Shown in pieces: positions 36,590 to 45,584 of a stretch of DNA of 64,000 bases (positions within the stretch are counted from its first letter, which is position 1; each line of letters starts with the position of its first letter). The position numbers and the translations under genes are program-made. The notes below the pieces were generated by a model, which worked only from the letters and a program-made list of their open reading frames with translations, searched no databases and was not told where the DNA came from. Source of the DNA: Flavobacteriales bacterium (GTDB taxonomy: Bacteria > Bacteroidota > Bacteroidia > UBA10329); the NCBI GenBank assembly GCA_016124845.1, contig WGMW01000003.1:27824-91823 (forward strand), read 5' to 3'.

Positions 36590-37456
36590 ATGAGCGAATG
36601 GAGCGGAAAGAGTAGAGGAAACGCCTTAGGTTACTGGTTCTTCATCTTCTTTATGAAGCATCTGGGCCTTGGGTTCACCTACGGTTTCCTGCATTTTGTG
36701 GTGCTGTATTTCTTCCTGTTCTCGTGGAGCAGCAGCAAATGGATCTACCGCTACTACCGCGATGGCCTGCGCTATGGCGTACTGAAAAGCATTGCGGGCA
36801 TTTACCGCACCTACTACGTGTTCGGGCAGGTAATTATAGACAAGGTGGCCATGGCATCGGGCATCAAAGACCGCTTTAACCTAACGCACAACGGGGCCGA
36901 GCACATCCGCAACATGGTAGAGAACCAGACGGGCGGCATTCTTATTTCGGGCCACATGGGCAATTGGGAAATAGCCAGCCACCTGATGCGCGGCTATGGC
37001 GGCAAGGTGAACGTGGTGATGTACGATGAGGAGCACCAGCAGATAAAGAAGCAGATGGACGGCACCACGGGCGGCCGCAAGTTCAACGTAATACCCATTA
37101 AGGACGATATTTCGCACGTATTCCTCATCAGTAAAGCCCTGCTGAACAAGGAATTGGTGTGCATACACGGAGACCGCTTCCGCGAAGGCATGCGTACTCT
37201 CAAAGAGGATTTTCTGGGCAAGGAAGCGCAGTTTCCTTACGGTCCGTTTGCCATTGCCGCCAAGTTCGATGTGCCCAAGGTTTTCGTGTACGGCTTTAAG
37301 ACCGGAACGTACGATTACAGCTTCTACTGCACGCAACCCATAGAGGGCAAATTGAAGCCCGAACTTTTACTCACAAAGTATGTTGATGAAATGGCCCACA
37401 TGGTGCGGAAATACCCGAACCAGTGGTTCAATTTTTACGACTTTTGGAAGCCTTAA
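36590..37456 (+). CDS. Lysophospholipid / lipid A-type acyltransferase (LpxL/HtrB-like).
   Basis: N-terminal transmembrane helix. The HxxxxD-type motif GHMGNWE is present. A typical pigment-cluster acyltransferase. Confidence 0.65.
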   Translation: MSEWSGKSRGNALGYWFFIFFMKHLGLGFTYGFLHFVVLYFFLFSWSSSKWIYRYYRDGLRYGVLKSIAGIYRTYYVFGQVIIDKVAMASGIKDRFNLTHNGAEHIRNMVENQTGGILISGHMGNWEIASHLMRGYGGKVNVVMYDEEHQQIKKQMDGTTGGRKFNVIPIKDDISHVFLISKALLNKELVCIHGDRFREGMRTLKEDFLGKEAQFPYGPFAIAAKFDVPKVFVYGFKTGTYDYSFYCTQPIEGKLKPELLLTKYVDEMAHMVRKYPNQWFNFYDFWKP

Positions 37457-37464
37457 CATGAGTT

Positions 37465-37568
37465 AGCCACAGATTCACGGATTAGCACTGATTTTTCACA
37501 GAATATATTCGCAAAGCGAAAAGAAAACAATCTGTGTTTTTTCTGTGAAAATCTGAGCATCTGTGGCT
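37465..37568. repeat. Palindromic family element.
   Basis: AGCCACAGATTCACGGATTAGCAC...GTGAAAATCTGAGCATCTGTGGCT. Confidence 0.7.
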
Positions 37569-37584
37569 CTTACATGTTTTTTGA

Positions 37585-38004
37585 ATGAAAGAATTAACCA
37601 ACAGCACAACTTTCCGAGTACGGTTCAGCGAAGTGGACAGCCTGCGCATAGTATGGCATGGCAATTTTCTGAAGTATTTTGAAGATGGGAGAGACGCTTG
37701 GGCCAAGCAGTACGATTTCGATTTTACCGATGTGTACGAGCAGCACGGGCTGCTGATGCCATTGGCGTCATCGCACATGGATTACAAGTATCCGTTGCGG
37801 TACAACGAGATCGGGCTGGTGGAAACAACCTTTGTCAATTCGCCTGCGGCCAAGATGATCTTCCGCTTTAAGGTGTACAACGAGGATAGAACGCAGCTGA
37901 AGGCAACAGGCGAAACGGTGCAGGTTTTCATGGACACGGACCACGTGTTGCAACTGAACACACCACCGTTCTTCGAAGAGTGGAAACAAAGGCATGGTTT
38001 GTAA
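37585..38004 (+). CDS. Hotdog-fold acyl-CoA/ACP thioesterase (4HBT/YbgC-like).
   Basis: RVRFSEVDSLRIVWHGNFLKYFEDGRDAW is the hotdog thioesterase N-terminal signature. Confidence 0.7.
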   Translation: MKELTNSTTFRVRFSEVDSLRIVWHGNFLKYFEDGRDAWAKQYDFDFTDVYEQHGLLMPLASSHMDYKYPLRYNEIGLVETTFVNSPAAKMIFRFKVYNEDRTQLKATGETVQVFMDTDHVLQLNTPPFFEEWKQRHGL

Positions 38005-38135
38005 ATGAATTGGACAGAAAATACACAGCTATTTCGCTTCTTTTTCGAGGCTCAGAACCTGCGTATAGCAGAGTTAAACAAAGGTTATAGAACGAAGAAA
38101 AAGGACGAAAGAGCGAGTAGGGATTTTCAATTTGT

Positions 38136-39287
38136 TTGCGAACAATGCCTAAAGTACGGACTGGTTTGAGCGAGGTTTACGTAGGCGCAAAATCTGTTAT
38201 CTGCCCCTTGGGCGATACACCCGCCAAGGTGTATGATGCCATGCTACGTGGCGAAACAGGTTTGCAGCAGGTGGAGCAGCCGTTCGGGGTGGAAACCACC
38301 AGCCACGTGGGGCTGATACCCAACAGTTTCATCATAGAGGAACATATAGACAGCACCAAGCTGGAGAATATGCTGGCCAAGTGCTACGAGCATTCGGTAA
38401 GCAAGCTGCGCTTCGACCCCTTTCAGGACGAGGACGGCCTGGTGATCATCTGCACGACCAAGGGCAACATTGATAAGATAGATAGGGACAACGACCCGCG
38501 CTTGCCGCTTACGCGATTGAGCAAGTTCATGCGGCAGTCGTTCGATCTGGCCAATGAACCGATAATCATCAGCAATGCCTGTATTTCGGGCGTGTTGAGC
38601 ATCATTACCGCAGCGCGTTTGATACGTGCTGGCAAGTACGAACACGTATTGGTGTTGGGTGGCGATGTGGTTTCGGAATTCACCCTTTCGGGATTTGCTG
38701 CTCTGCACGCCTTGACGGAAGGTGTGTGCAAGCCATACGATAAGAACAGAACGGGCATCAACCTGGGCGAAGCAGCCGCAGGTCTGGTGCTTTCGAATGA
38801 CGATACGCTATTTAAAGGAAGATGCGATGAGTACGTGTCGGGCGCCAGTGCCAACGATGCGAACCATATTTCGGGTCCATCCCGAACGGGAGAAGGGCTG
38901 CACCGCAGCATAGAACGGACGTTGAACCCTGCTTCGGTCAGTGCCACGCAGATAGGTTATCTGTCGGCCCACGGAACGGGCACTTCCTTTAATGATGAGA
39001 TGGAAAGCATAGCGTTTGAGCGCAGCGGACTGTCTGATGTTCCCATCAACAGCATGAAAGGCTATTTCGGCCACACGCTGGGCGCGGCAGGTGTGATAGA
39101 AACCCTCCTCGGATTGGAAGCCATGAAGCGCAAGGAACTTGTTGCTTCGCTTGGTTATGAGGAACAAGGCGTTTCTCGACTCATGAACATCATCACAGCA
39201 ACCACTCAGCCCACCTCGGGTTATTTCCTCAAGACCGCATCAGGTTTTGGCGGATGCAATGCGGCAGCTTTATTCAAGACGAGATGA
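38136..39287 (+). CDS. Beta-ketoacyl synthase.
   Basis: ISNACISGVLSI is the active Cys. SAHGTGTSFND and GHTLGAAG follow. GFGGCNAA is at the C-terminus. Confidence 0.75.
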   Translation: MRTMPKVRTGLSEVYVGAKSVICPLGDTPAKVYDAMLRGETGLQQVEQPFGVETTSHVGLIPNSFIIEEHIDSTKLENMLAKCYEHSVSKLRFDPFQDEDGLVIICTTKGNIDKIDRDNDPRLPLTRLSKFMRQSFDLANEPIIISNACISGVLSIITAARLIRAGKYEHVLVLGGDVVSEFTLSGFAALHALTEGVCKPYDKNRTGINLGEAAAGLVLSNDDTLFKGRCDEYVSGASANDANHISGPSRTGEGLHRSIERTLNPASVSATQIGYLSAHGTGTSFNDEMESIAFERSGLSDVPINSMKGYFGHTLGAAGVIETLLGLEAMKRKELVASLGYEEQGVSRLMNIITATTQPTSGYFLKTASGFGGCNAAALFKTR

Positions 39288-39312
39288 AATTGAGTACCTT
39301 GGAGGCTGAAAA

Positions 39313-39534
39313 ATGTTGGTCATGAGCACGAAAGAACTGATTTCGAAAATAGACGCGCTTCCTCCTGAATTCCGAAGGGAAGTGGAAGATTTCATTGACT
39401 TTCTGAAGCAGAAATTGGAACGTGAGGAAACGAAGAAACCTCTTGAAAAACGACAGTTCGGCTATGCCAAGGGCTTTTTCAAAATGTCTGACGATTTCGA
39501 TGAACCATTGGAGGATTTCAAAGATTATATGTGA
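39313..39534 (+). CDS. Antitoxin (DUF2281-like) paired with the downstream PIN toxin.
   Basis: 73 aa. Its end overlaps the start of the downstream PIN gene by 4 bp. Confidence 0.5.
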   Translation: MLVMSTKELISKIDALPPEFRREVEDFIDFLKQKLEREETKKPLEKRQFGYAKGFFKMSDDFDEPLEDFKDYM

Positions 39535-39917
39535 TGAATATTCTCCTTGATACGCACGCGTTTGTTTGGTTCATGAACGCGGATGGTAAGTTTCCTAAGC
39601 ATCTTATCAAGGACATTGAGAATTTTGAGAACACCTGCTATTTGAGTGTTGCCAGCCTTTGGGAAATGGCCATCAAGGTAAATCTTGGTAAACTTGAACT
39701 GGTTGATGATTTCGAGAACATTCTGGAATTCTGTTCTTCCAACAGGATTATTCTTCTGCCCATTGAATTCGAAGACACACGGTCGGTAATTGGTCTTCCA
39801 GACCATCATCGCGACCCTTTCGATAGAATGTTAGTGGTTCAGGCCAATCGGCAAGAGGCAATTCTCCTTACCAAAGACCGCATGTTTGACCGCTATGAAG
39901 TTCAGACCCGTTGGTAA
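39531..39917 (+). CDS. vapC: PIN-domain ribonuclease toxin (VapC).
   Basis: ILLDTHAFVWF carries the first acidic residue, SLWEMAIK the second, and the later DPFDRMLVVQA the third. Confidence 0.65.
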   Translation: MMNILLDTHAFVWFMNADGKFPKHLIKDIENFENTCYLSVASLWEMAIKVNLGKLELVDDFENILEFCSSNRIILLPIEFEDTRSVIGLPDHHRDPFDRMLVVQANRQEAILLTKDRMFDRYEVQTRW

Positions 39918-39955
39918 GTGTCATCTCTTGAAAACCCCTTTCTTCGCGAACTGAT

Positions 39956-40558
39956 TTGAGTTTGAGCCTGAAAACATATTGCCGCATCAAGGACAACGAG
40001 GTTCACATCAATGGCGAACTCTTCTGTCAGCACATGGACGAGGAACCATTCCTACGGTCGGTTTACAAGCACATCGGGCTCAGTTACCCGAAGTTCTTCA
40101 AGATGGATGCGCTTTCGCAACTTGGTTTCCTTGGTGCCGAAATGACGCTGATGCGTTCCGAATTGGAAACGTATGCCGATGATGAAGTGGCGGTGGTGTA
40201 TTCCAACCGTTCCTCCAGTTTGGAAACAGACCATGCGTACTACAACTCGCTGAAGGAAAGCGGCATTGCCAGTCCTGCGCTGTTCGTGTACACGCTTCCG
40301 AACATTGAAGTGGGCGAGATATGCATCCGCCACAAGTTGTATGGCGAGAACAACTTCCTAATCACCGAGCGGTTTGATGCTGCGCAACTCTTGGAGCAAT
40401 GCGAGGCGCTGTTCGCGGATAATGCCGCCAAGGCCGTGCTCATTGGCTGGACCGAAGTGAATGGAGAGGAACACGATGGTTTCTTCGCGTTCATCACCAA
40501 CTCAGGAGTTGACGAATTGACAGCGGAACATTTGACAGATTTGTATTTAGACAGATGA
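39956..40558 (+). CDS. KAS-related protein lacking the catalytic Cys, chain-length-factor-like.
   Basis: ALFVYTLPNIEVGEICIRHKLYGENNFL resembles the region around the KAS active site, but has no Cys. Confidence 0.45.
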   Translation: MSLSLKTYCRIKDNEVHINGELFCQHMDEEPFLRSVYKHIGLSYPKFFKMDALSQLGFLGAEMTLMRSELETYADDEVAVVYSNRSSSLETDHAYYNSLKESGIASPALFVYTLPNIEVGEICIRHKLYGENNFLITERFDAAQLLEQCEALFADNAAKAVLIGWTEVNGEEHDGFFAFITNSGVDELTAEHLTDLYLDR

Positions 40559-40567
40559 ACATGATAA

Positions 40568-40649
40568 AGCCACAGAAACACAGATTTACACAGAATGAAA
40601 AAGGAATTTTTTCTGTGAAAACCTCAGTGTCTTCAGTGCCTCTGTGGCT
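40568..40649. repeat. Palindromic family element.
   Basis: AGCCACAGAAACACAGATTTACACAGAA...TTCTGTGAAAACCTCAGTGTCTTCAGTGCCTCTGTGGCT. Confidence 0.75.
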
Positions 40650-40664
40650 AACTTATGTGAATGA

Positions 40665-41858
40665 ATGATGGAGATTGCTGTCACAGGCATAGGAGCGATT
40701 TCGGCCATCGGCAACGATGTGCAGGAAAACTTGGCTTCGCTTTTAGCGAAGAAAACAGGCGTTGGTAAAACCGAACTGCTCAGATCCAAGCTCACAGAAA
40801 CACATCTTTTAGGAGAAGTGAAGTTGAGCAACGACCAACTGAAAGCAGGCCTGAACTGGAAAGGCGATGCTGTTTCCAGAACCACGCTTCTGAGTTCTTG
40901 GGCCATGAAAGAGGCCATCGAGCAATCGGGTTTTGAGATGGACAACCATGTTGGGTTGGTGTCATCGACCTCGGTAGGCGGCATGGACAGAAGCGAGGGC
41001 TTCTTCGAGCCTTACTACCTCGAACAGGACTTTTCGAATGTGTTCCTACTCGGAACGCACGATTGCGGCACCTGTACCAAACAGGCCGCAGCGCATTTCG
41101 GCATTACAGGATATGCAACAACCATAAGCACGGCCTGTTCTTCTGCCGCCAATGCCATTGCAATGGGCGCACGCTTGCTACGTCAAGGCAAGTTGAAGCG
41201 CGTCATCGTGGGCGGAACAGATGCCTTGTGCCGATTTACGGCCAATGGCTTCAACTCGTTGATGATCTTGGACACGGAATGGTGCAAGCCGTTCTCTGCC
41301 AATCGCGCTGGATTGAACTTGGGAGAAGCTGCGGCTTATCTCGTGCTGGAAAGCAAGGAAGAGGCGGAAGCACGTGGCGCGAAGATCCACGGTCTGGTAA
41401 CAGGTTGGGCCAATACGAACGATGCGTACCATCAAACGGCTTCATCACCTGATGGAAATGGGGCGTTCATGGCCATGTCGCAAGCGTTGGAGAAAGCAGG
41501 TTTGAAGTCGACAGACATCGGCTACATCAACGCCCACGGTACTGGCACACAGAATAACGACCAGTCGGAAAGTATTGCCATCCACCGAGTTTTTGGGGCG
41601 CAGAAACCGCCTATCAGTTCTACCAAAGCTTATACAGGTCATACGTTGGCTGCGGCTGGAGCCATTGAGGCGGTGTATTCGCTATTGGCGTTGAAGGAGC
41701 AAAAGTTCCTTCCCAATTTGAACTATCAGGACCCGATTGAGGACAACGATTGGAAACCGCAGTTGGAAGTGGAGAGTGGTGAGATTAATCATGTGCTTTC
41801 CAACTCATTCGGGTTTGGCGGTAATAATTCAACGGTGATTTTTAGTAGGTACAGTTGA
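40665..41858 (+). CDS. Beta-ketoacyl-ACP synthase II-like.
   Basis: ISTACSSAANAI is the active Cys. NAHGTGTQNND and TGHTLAAAGAIE follow. GFGGNNS is at the C-terminus. Confidence 0.8.
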   Translation: MMEIAVTGIGAISAIGNDVQENLASLLAKKTGVGKTELLRSKLTETHLLGEVKLSNDQLKAGLNWKGDAVSRTTLLSSWAMKEAIEQSGFEMDNHVGLVSSTSVGGMDRSEGFFEPYYLEQDFSNVFLLGTHDCGTCTKQAAAHFGITGYATTISTACSSAANAIAMGARLLRQGKLKRVIVGGTDALCRFTANGFNSLMILDTEWCKPFSANRAGLNLGEAAAYLVLESKEEAEARGAKIHGLVTGWANTNDAYHQTASSPDGNGAFMAMSQALEKAGLKSTDIGYINAHGTGTQNNDQSESIAIHRVFGAQKPPISSTKAYTGHTLAAAGAIEAVYSLLALKEQKFLPNLNYQDPIEDNDWKPQLEVESGEINHVLSNSFGFGGNNSTVIFSRYS

Positions 41859-41875
41859 CATGATTGAGCCACAGA

Positions 41876-41958
41876 TGCACAGATTTACACAGAAATTTCA
41901 CAGAGATTTATTTTCTCCGTGTATCTCAAATACTCCAGTTTTCTCTGTGCAATCACCA
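41876..41958. repeat. Palindromic family element with a degenerate right arm.
   Basis: AGCCACAGATGCACAGATTTACACAGAAATTTCACAGAG...TTTTCTCTGTGCAATCACC. Confidence 0.6.
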
Positions 41959-42044
41959 TGCGTTAAGGTAGGTTCGCATATTATTTCACTTCGTTCAATG
42001 AGAACGCTTCGCTTAGTTCGTACTCCATTCGTAATTAGTAACCC

Positions 42045-43031
42045 GTGTATTTAGGAGCCGCCAGTTGCATAACGTATCAGGACACGTTTGGAGGTGAAAA
42101 ACCTTGGAGCGCGTTGGTGGAAGCAAATGTGGAAAGCCAACTCATTCAGCCTGACTACAAGGAATTTGTAAGCCCTGCGATGCTGCGTAGAATGAGCAGC
42201 GCGCTGAAAATGGGCGTGGCAGGAGGGAAGTCGTGCTTGCAGAAATCAGGTTTGGAAACCTGTGATGCCATTACGGTAGGTACAGGACTTGGCTGTGTGA
42301 GAGACACCCTGCGCTTTATGAAAGTGATGTACGAGGAAGCTGAGACAGGACTTTCCCCGACCTCGTTCATTCAGTCAACACACAATTCTATTGCTGGGCA
42401 GATTGCGTTGCTGCTGGGAAATCATGGTTACAACATGACGCATGTGCAAGGCGGGTTGTCGTTGGGCTATGCGCTCTCCGATGCTGAACTGCTTATTGGA
42501 GAAGGTGATGCCGAAACGGTGCTTGTCGGTGCGGTGGATGAGAAAACAGATGAGTTGGTTGAACTGCTTACCAAGCTTGCTGCCACCTCCAACTACGAGT
42601 TGCCAGCCATTGGAGAAGGTGGAGCATTCTTCTTGGCATCCAAAGAGAAGTTGGGTTCTTCCGTTGCGAAAGTGGTGGAGTTGAGTTTGGTAAATGACCC
42701 CTCCGTCCGCCTGAGGCGGACACCTCCCCTTTCAAGGGGAGGAACTGGCGCGCTGATCCAAGGTCAGAGCGAAGAGCAACTCCCCTCCTTGGAAGGAGGG
42801 GGTGGGGGAGGTCAGATTGACCTCCTCCTTTCAAACACAGGCGAAGGCTTTAATTACGTGAAGTATTCTGGAGAGCATTTCACTTCTGCTGGTTTTGGGT
42901 TGTTTATGGCATTGAAAGCATTTGAAGCTGGTACAGTAAACTTTAATGGCTCTTCCGTTGAACCAAAAAGCATTCTTGTCCGCCACAGTCTGTTCGGACA
43001 GGAGTTCAGTATTCTATTAGAGAAGGTTTGA
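42045..43031 (+). CDS. KAS-like protein without the catalytic Cys, carrying an in-frame repeat-element insertion.
   Basis: KAS-like N-terminal region (TSFIQSTHNSIAGQIALLLGNHGYNMT). An odd Gly/Pro/Arg-rich insert reads VNDPSVRLRRTPPLSRGGTGALIQGQSEEQLPSLEGGGGGGQIDL. Confidence 0.55.
   Translation: MYLGAASCITYQDTFGGEKPWSALVEANVESQLIQPDYKEFVSPAMLRRMSSALKMGVAGGKSCLQKSGLETCDAITVGTGLGCVRDTLRFMKVMYEEAETGLSPTSFIQSTHNSIAGQIALLLGNHGYNMTHVQGGLSLGYALSDAELLIGEGDAETVLVGAVDEKTDELVELLTKLAATSNYELPAIGEGGAFFLASKEKLGSSVAKVVELSLVNDPSVRLRRTPPLSRGGTGALIQGQSEEQLPSLEGGGGGGQIDLLLSNTGEGFNYVKYSGEHFTSAGFGLFMALKAFEAGTVNFNGSSVEPKSILVRHSLFGQEFSILLEKV
42690..42835. repeat. GC-rich palindromic element inserted in frame. It belongs to the same family as 690-860.
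   Basis: Shares the hairpin TCCGCCTGAGGCGGAC with the 7291-7325 repeat. CCTCCCCTTTCAAGGGGAGG and GGGGGAGGTCAGATTGACCTCCTCC match the IcmF insert. Confidence 0.55.
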
Positions 43032-43657
43032 AGGACGCAGACATTATCGAGTTTGATTATCAGGAACGATTAAATGCCGTTCTCGATCAATCTTGGAAAA
43101 TATTCAAGTCGCAGTTCATTCATGGAAGGCATGAAATAAACAAGGAAGCACCTTTTCAGCACCATTTTGCTCAGATCATCAGAAGTGTTGGGAATCTCTA
43201 TTCTCTTGGAGAAAAAGATCTTTTCAAAGTTGACCTCGAAGCCAAATGTTCTGATGTAAAAGGAAAATCAAAGTATTTGGATATTACCTGTGAGTTTGTC
43301 GATCACATTAGCTGTGCGATTGAACTGAAATTCAAAACAGCAAAGCAAGGAGCTCAAGATTATGGAAGAATTGACGCTTACGTTGATATTGAGGCACTTG
43401 AATTAGTGACGGCTTCTCAGTACGATAGTGGAAAATTCTACATGATTACTGATAGCAGAGCTTATGTGAATGCTTCTGAAAAAGGCGTTGGAACTGAGTT
43501 TGCCATGCATAGTGGAAACAAAACTGAGGCTGGAACATACTTCAACTATCCGAAGTGTAAGGGTAGAGAAGATGTGCGTGTGTTTTTGAATAAATCTTAT
43601 CTCTTTGAATGGGAGAAGATCGGTAACTGGTATTTCTTAGAATTGACCGTCCATTGA
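43028..43657 (+). CDS. Hypothetical protein of 209 aa, possibly a PD-(D/E)xK nuclease. GC is low.
   Basis: YLDITCEFVDHISCAIELKFK gives D...E...ELK spacing compatible with PD-(D/E)xK. GC is about 38%. It overlaps its neighbours by 4 bp on each side. Confidence 0.35.
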   Translation: MKDADIIEFDYQERLNAVLDQSWKIFKSQFIHGRHEINKEAPFQHHFAQIIRSVGNLYSLGEKDLFKVDLEAKCSDVKGKSKYLDITCEFVDHISCAIELKFKTAKQGAQDYGRIDAYVDIEALELVTASQYDSGKFYMITDSRAYVNASEKGVGTEFAMHSGNKTEAGTYFNYPKCKGREDVRVFLNKSYLFEWEKIGNWYFLELTVH

Positions 43658-44412
43658 ATTTCCTGCGACTGAATATCCTTGCCATCGGGTTGGTGTTGGT
43701 CTTGTTGCCTGCCATCACGTTGGGATTTGTTCCGTGGTGGTCGCTGCTCATTCTGTTAGCGGTTTATTCGGTCATTCTCGGCTGGGGCGTGTTCGATATC
43801 GGCTCACAGTTCTTTATGAAAACATATTGGAAAGGCGAGCCTGGGAAAATCGCCATCACGTTTGATGATGGTCCGCACCCCGAACATACGCCACGAATTT
43901 TAGATGTTCTGAGGCAGGAAAATGTAAAGGCCACCTTTTTCTGCATTGGCAGGAATGCCGAGAAAAATCCATTATTGCTGAAGGAAATGTTCGAAGATGG
44001 ACACACCATCGGAAATCACACGTACAACCACGCATATGTGTTTTCTAAGTCGGCTGCGGAGCGGCAAGTGACAGAAGGACAGGAAGCAATTCAGAATATC
44101 ATTGGCAAAAAGACGATGTATTTCCGTCCGCCATTTGGCGTGATGACGCCTGAAATTGCCCGTGCGGTGAAGAAGGAAAACTGTGTGGTCATTGGCTGGG
44201 ATTTGCGTTCGCGGGACGGAACAACCAAATCGAAAGACCTTATTCTAAAACGCGTGAAAAAGCTTTTGAACGGCTCGTCCATTCTTCTTTTTCACGACAC
44301 GAACCCCGTTACGTCCGAGGCTCTGCGAGAAGTTATTCATCTTTGCCGTGAGAATGGCATGAAGATCGTTTCGTTGCCCGAACTCGTTGGCGTTGAACCT
44401 TATCATGCGTAG
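43654..44412 (+). CDS. Polysaccharide deacetylase (NodB homology domain).
   Basis: ITFDDGPHPEHT contains the DD of the TFDDG motif. GHTIGNHTYNH is the His-His metal-binding motif. Confidence 0.8.
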   Translation: MNFLRLNILAIGLVLVLLPAITLGFVPWWSLLILLAVYSVILGWGVFDIGSQFFMKTYWKGEPGKIAITFDDGPHPEHTPRILDVLRQENVKATFFCIGRNAEKNPLLLKEMFEDGHTIGNHTYNHAYVFSKSAAERQVTEGQEAIQNIIGKKTMYFRPPFGVMTPEIARAVKKENCVVIGWDLRSRDGTTKSKDLILKRVKKLLNGSSILLFHDTNPVTSEALREVIHLCRENGMKIVSLPELVGVEPYHA

Positions 44413-45031
44413 AACTCTTACGATTTTCCTTTGTCTCGTTTTCCCATTTTTCCTCTCAGCACAGGATTGGAAAAGCTTGGACGCTAACGACCCGATGCTA
44501 AAAGGACTCAAATCGACCTTGGATGGCATGACGAGCATCAAAGGCGATATTCAGCAGGAGAAGTCGTTCGCTTTTCTCACAGAGAAACTCATCTCCAAAG
44601 GCGTTTTCATCTACCAGAAGGAGAGTAAACTGCGCTGGCAGTTCAATGAGCCTATTGAGTACATCATTCTCATCAACGAGAATTCGATGCGCCTGAAGGA
44701 AGATGGCGAGGAGAAGAAGTACAAGGGGATGAACCAGATCCTGCGGCAGGTGAAGGAGATCATTCTCGGCTGCATTGATGGTTCTATCATGAGCAACGCG
44801 AATTACAAGACGGTATTTTCGACCAACGGAACTAACATCCGAATTCAGCTACAACCGAAGGAGAAGAACCTGAAGGAGTTCATTCAACAGATAGAGGTGC
44901 AGTTTGCCAAGGAAGGCTCGGTATTGAAAAAGGTAACTTTGACCGACCCTTCGGGCGATATGACCGATATTTTCTTCTCCAACGTGAAAACAAACCAACT
45001 GAACGATGCGCGCGTTTTTGCTGATTTTTAG
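44387..45031 (+). CDS. LolA-like outer-membrane lipoprotein carrier.
   Basis: Signal peptide. Its size and position in a pigment cluster fit a LolA-like protein. The motif-level call is moderate. Confidence 0.5.
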   Translation: MALNLIMRRTLTIFLCLVFPFFLSAQDWKSLDANDPMLKGLKSTLDGMTSIKGDIQQEKSFAFLTEKLISKGVFIYQKESKLRWQFNEPIEYIILINENSMRLKEDGEEKKYKGMNQILRQVKEIILGCIDGSIMSNANYKTVFSTNGTNIRIQLQPKEKNLKEFIQQIEVQFAKEGSVLKKVTLTDPSGDMTDIFFSNVKTNQLNDARVFADF

Positions 45032-45563
45032 TCTGTTGGTTTCTTCCGCAGCTGTTGCGGGGCAAGGTATAGAGATACTTCCGCGCGGCAAGGAGGCTAT
45101 CTACAAAGCGGAGATCAAAGTGACGGGAACGACCATTACGGGTTTTCTTGCGGTACAGCATAAGCGCAACGATGTACTTCACGTAGAATTTACTTCGCCT
45201 ATGGGCAATAACCTTTTGGAGATGGAGTGGAAGAAAGGTCGCTGGAAGAAGATCTATGCGACCAAGAAATTGAGCGGTCGGGTCATATTTGACATGATGG
45301 CGGAGGATATTCTGCTTCTATTTGCGCACTATCAGTACGACAAGGATTTTGTGGATCTTGGCGATGAATGGACGTGGGACAAAAAGAAACTGCTTCCCGT
45401 TTTTGAAGATGGAAAGCTGACTTCTGTAAAGGTGGTCACACGCAGACATCATCCAACCAGAACTGTGAAATACGAGCATGGTGCGGAGTGCATTGAGAAG
45501 TTGAATATTGATCATCAGGGATTTCCGTTTGGAATCGTGCTTGAACCATTGAAGAAAAAGTAA
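45006..45563 (+). CDS. Hypothetical secreted protein associated with the pigment cluster.
   Basis: Signal peptide MRAFLLIFSLLVSSAAVAG. Confidence 0.45.
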   Translation: MRAFLLIFSLLVSSAAVAGQGIEILPRGKEAIYKAEIKVTGTTITGFLAVQHKRNDVLHVEFTSPMGNNLLEMEWKKGRWKKIYATKKLSGRVIFDMMAEDILLLFAHYQYDKDFVDLGDEWTWDKKKLLPVFEDGKLTSVKVVTRRHHPTRTVKYEHGAECIEKLNIDHQGFPFGIVLEPLKKK

Positions 45564-45584
45564 TCGAGTTTTAACACCTTTGCG

